The notes beneath the pieces are model-generated. The model ran no database searches and was not told the origin of the DNA. It saw only the letters and a list, made by a program, of their open reading frames with translations. 17,137 nucleotides of DNA from Fidelibacterota bacterium (GTDB lineage Bacteria; Fidelibacterota; Marinisomatia; Marinisomatales; TCS55), in NCBI GenBank assembly GCA_027251445.1, contig JAPNQO010000111.1, forward strand, positions 1 to 17,137, in the 5' to 3' direction. A program made the position numbers and the translations under genes. This document shows, in pieces, positions 16,268-17,137 of the stretch (within the stretch, counting starts at the first letter, position 1; each line of letters starts with the position of its first letter).

Positions 16268-16579
16268 ATGAAAGTAAGAACATTCACAAAAAAAGATGTA
16301 GCTGCAGAAATTGCAAATCGATTAGATGCAACACTTCATGATTCTTTAACATTTACAGACGAATTATTTTTAGTTTTACGAGATATGTTAACAGATGATT
16401 ATGAAAAAGTTAGGATTGAAATTAGGAATTTTGGTGTTATTGAAGTAAAACCTACGAAAGCAAAACCAAATGCGAGAAATCCTCAAACAAATGAAGAGAT
16501 TTTTGTTCCTGCACATAAAAAAACTCATTTCAAGCCAGGTAAAATTCTTAAGCAATATCTAAGTCGACCTATCAAATAA
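16268..16579 (+). CDS. HU/IHF family nucleoid DNA-binding protein
   Basis: TKKD N-terminus, RIEIRNFG, ARNPQTNEEIFVPA, FKPGK.LK. Confidence 0.92.
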   Translation: MKVRTFTKKDVAAEIANRLDATLHDSLTFTDELFLVLRDMLTDDYEKVRIEIRNFGVIEVKPTKAKPNARNPQTNEEIFVPAHKKTHFKPGKILKQYLSRPIK

Positions 16580-16590
16580 TCTTCCATTAA

Positions 16591-16998
16591 ATGGGAAGAA
16601 TATTAGCTATTGATTATGGTGAGCAAAGGATAGGGCTTGCATTATCTGACCCTTTAAAGATTTTTGCAAGTCCATATAAGACAATAATAAATAAAAATAA
16701 AGATCATTCGATTAGTTTAATCGAAAATATTATAAAAATAGAGGATGTAGAGTTAATAGTCATTGGATTACCACTTGCAATGTCTGGAAAAAGTACAGAT
16801 CAAACTTTAAAAGTAAAAAAATTTGCTGATAAATTATTAATAGAGGGTTTTAAAATTGAATATGTTGATGAAAGGTGGAGTTCGAAGGCTGCAAAAAGAT
16901 CAATGGTTGAACAGGGATTTAAAACAGGTCATAATAAATCAGTGGTAGACCAAACAGCTGCAGCGCTTTTTTTACAACAATATCTAGATCAAAAATAA
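16591..16998 (+). CDS. ruvX: RuvX/YqgF family nuclease (pre-16S rRNA processing, resolvase-like)
   Basis: RILAIDYGEQRIGLALSD, VIGLP, DER.SS, D..AAA..LQ.YLD. Confidence 0.95.
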   Translation: MGRILAIDYGEQRIGLALSDPLKIFASPYKTIINKNKDHSISLIENIIKIEDVELIVIGLPLAMSGKSTDQTLKVKKFADKLLIEGFKIEYVDERWSSKAAKRSMVEQGFKTGHNKSVVDQTAAALFLQQYLDQK

Positions 16999-17000
16999 TA

Positions 17001-17137
17001 ATGTTACATTATTTTGATATATCAAAGTGGAAATTATCTATATTATCTGGTATTTTAATTGGTTTAGCTTATCCTCCATCTCCTTTAGGGTTTTTAGCTT
17101 GGTTTGGATTAATACCATTAATTCATATAATACTCAA
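17001..17137 (+). CDS. lnt: 5' part of probable apolipoprotein N-acyltransferase, truncated by the window edge and absent from the ORF track
   Basis: ATG at 17001, open to the end: MLHYFDISKWKLSILSGILIGLAYPPSPLGFLAWFGLIPLIHIIL, matching the Lnt N-terminal pattern SG.l..la(F/Y)PP.....LAW...(V/I)PL. Confidence 0.75.
   Translation, partial: MLHYFDISKWKLSILSGILIGLAYPPSPLGFLAWFGLIPLIHIIL

Overview
AT-rich (roughly 30% GC by eye), densely packed bacterial chromosomal segment with every real gene on the + strand. Order: 3' end of probable rpsP (tandem-repeat acidic tail plus Lys-rich tip), khpA, rimM, trmD, rplS, MFS transporter, selA, selB, mutS, PorV/PorQ-like outer-membrane protein, yicC, gmk, rpoZ, family-4 uracil-DNA glycosylase, dnaB, bifunctional Rel, HU/IHF, ruvX, and the 5' part of lnt. 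The FCB-type TrmD, RpoZ and barrel protein together with low GC suggest an FCB-group organism, possibly Marinimicrobia (inference only). This is mostly housekeeping DNA: I see no mobile element, CRISPR array, tRNA/rRNA, intein or UGA-interrupted selenoprotein, and no new system I can claim with confidence. The best leads are the MFS-selA-selB module behind a perfect 18-bp inverted repeat, an SSB-like acidic '-VPF' tail on DnaB, an acidic Gly/Asp loop in the barrel protein, the repeat-built S16 tail, and two Gly substitutions in the TrmD SAM-binding knot.
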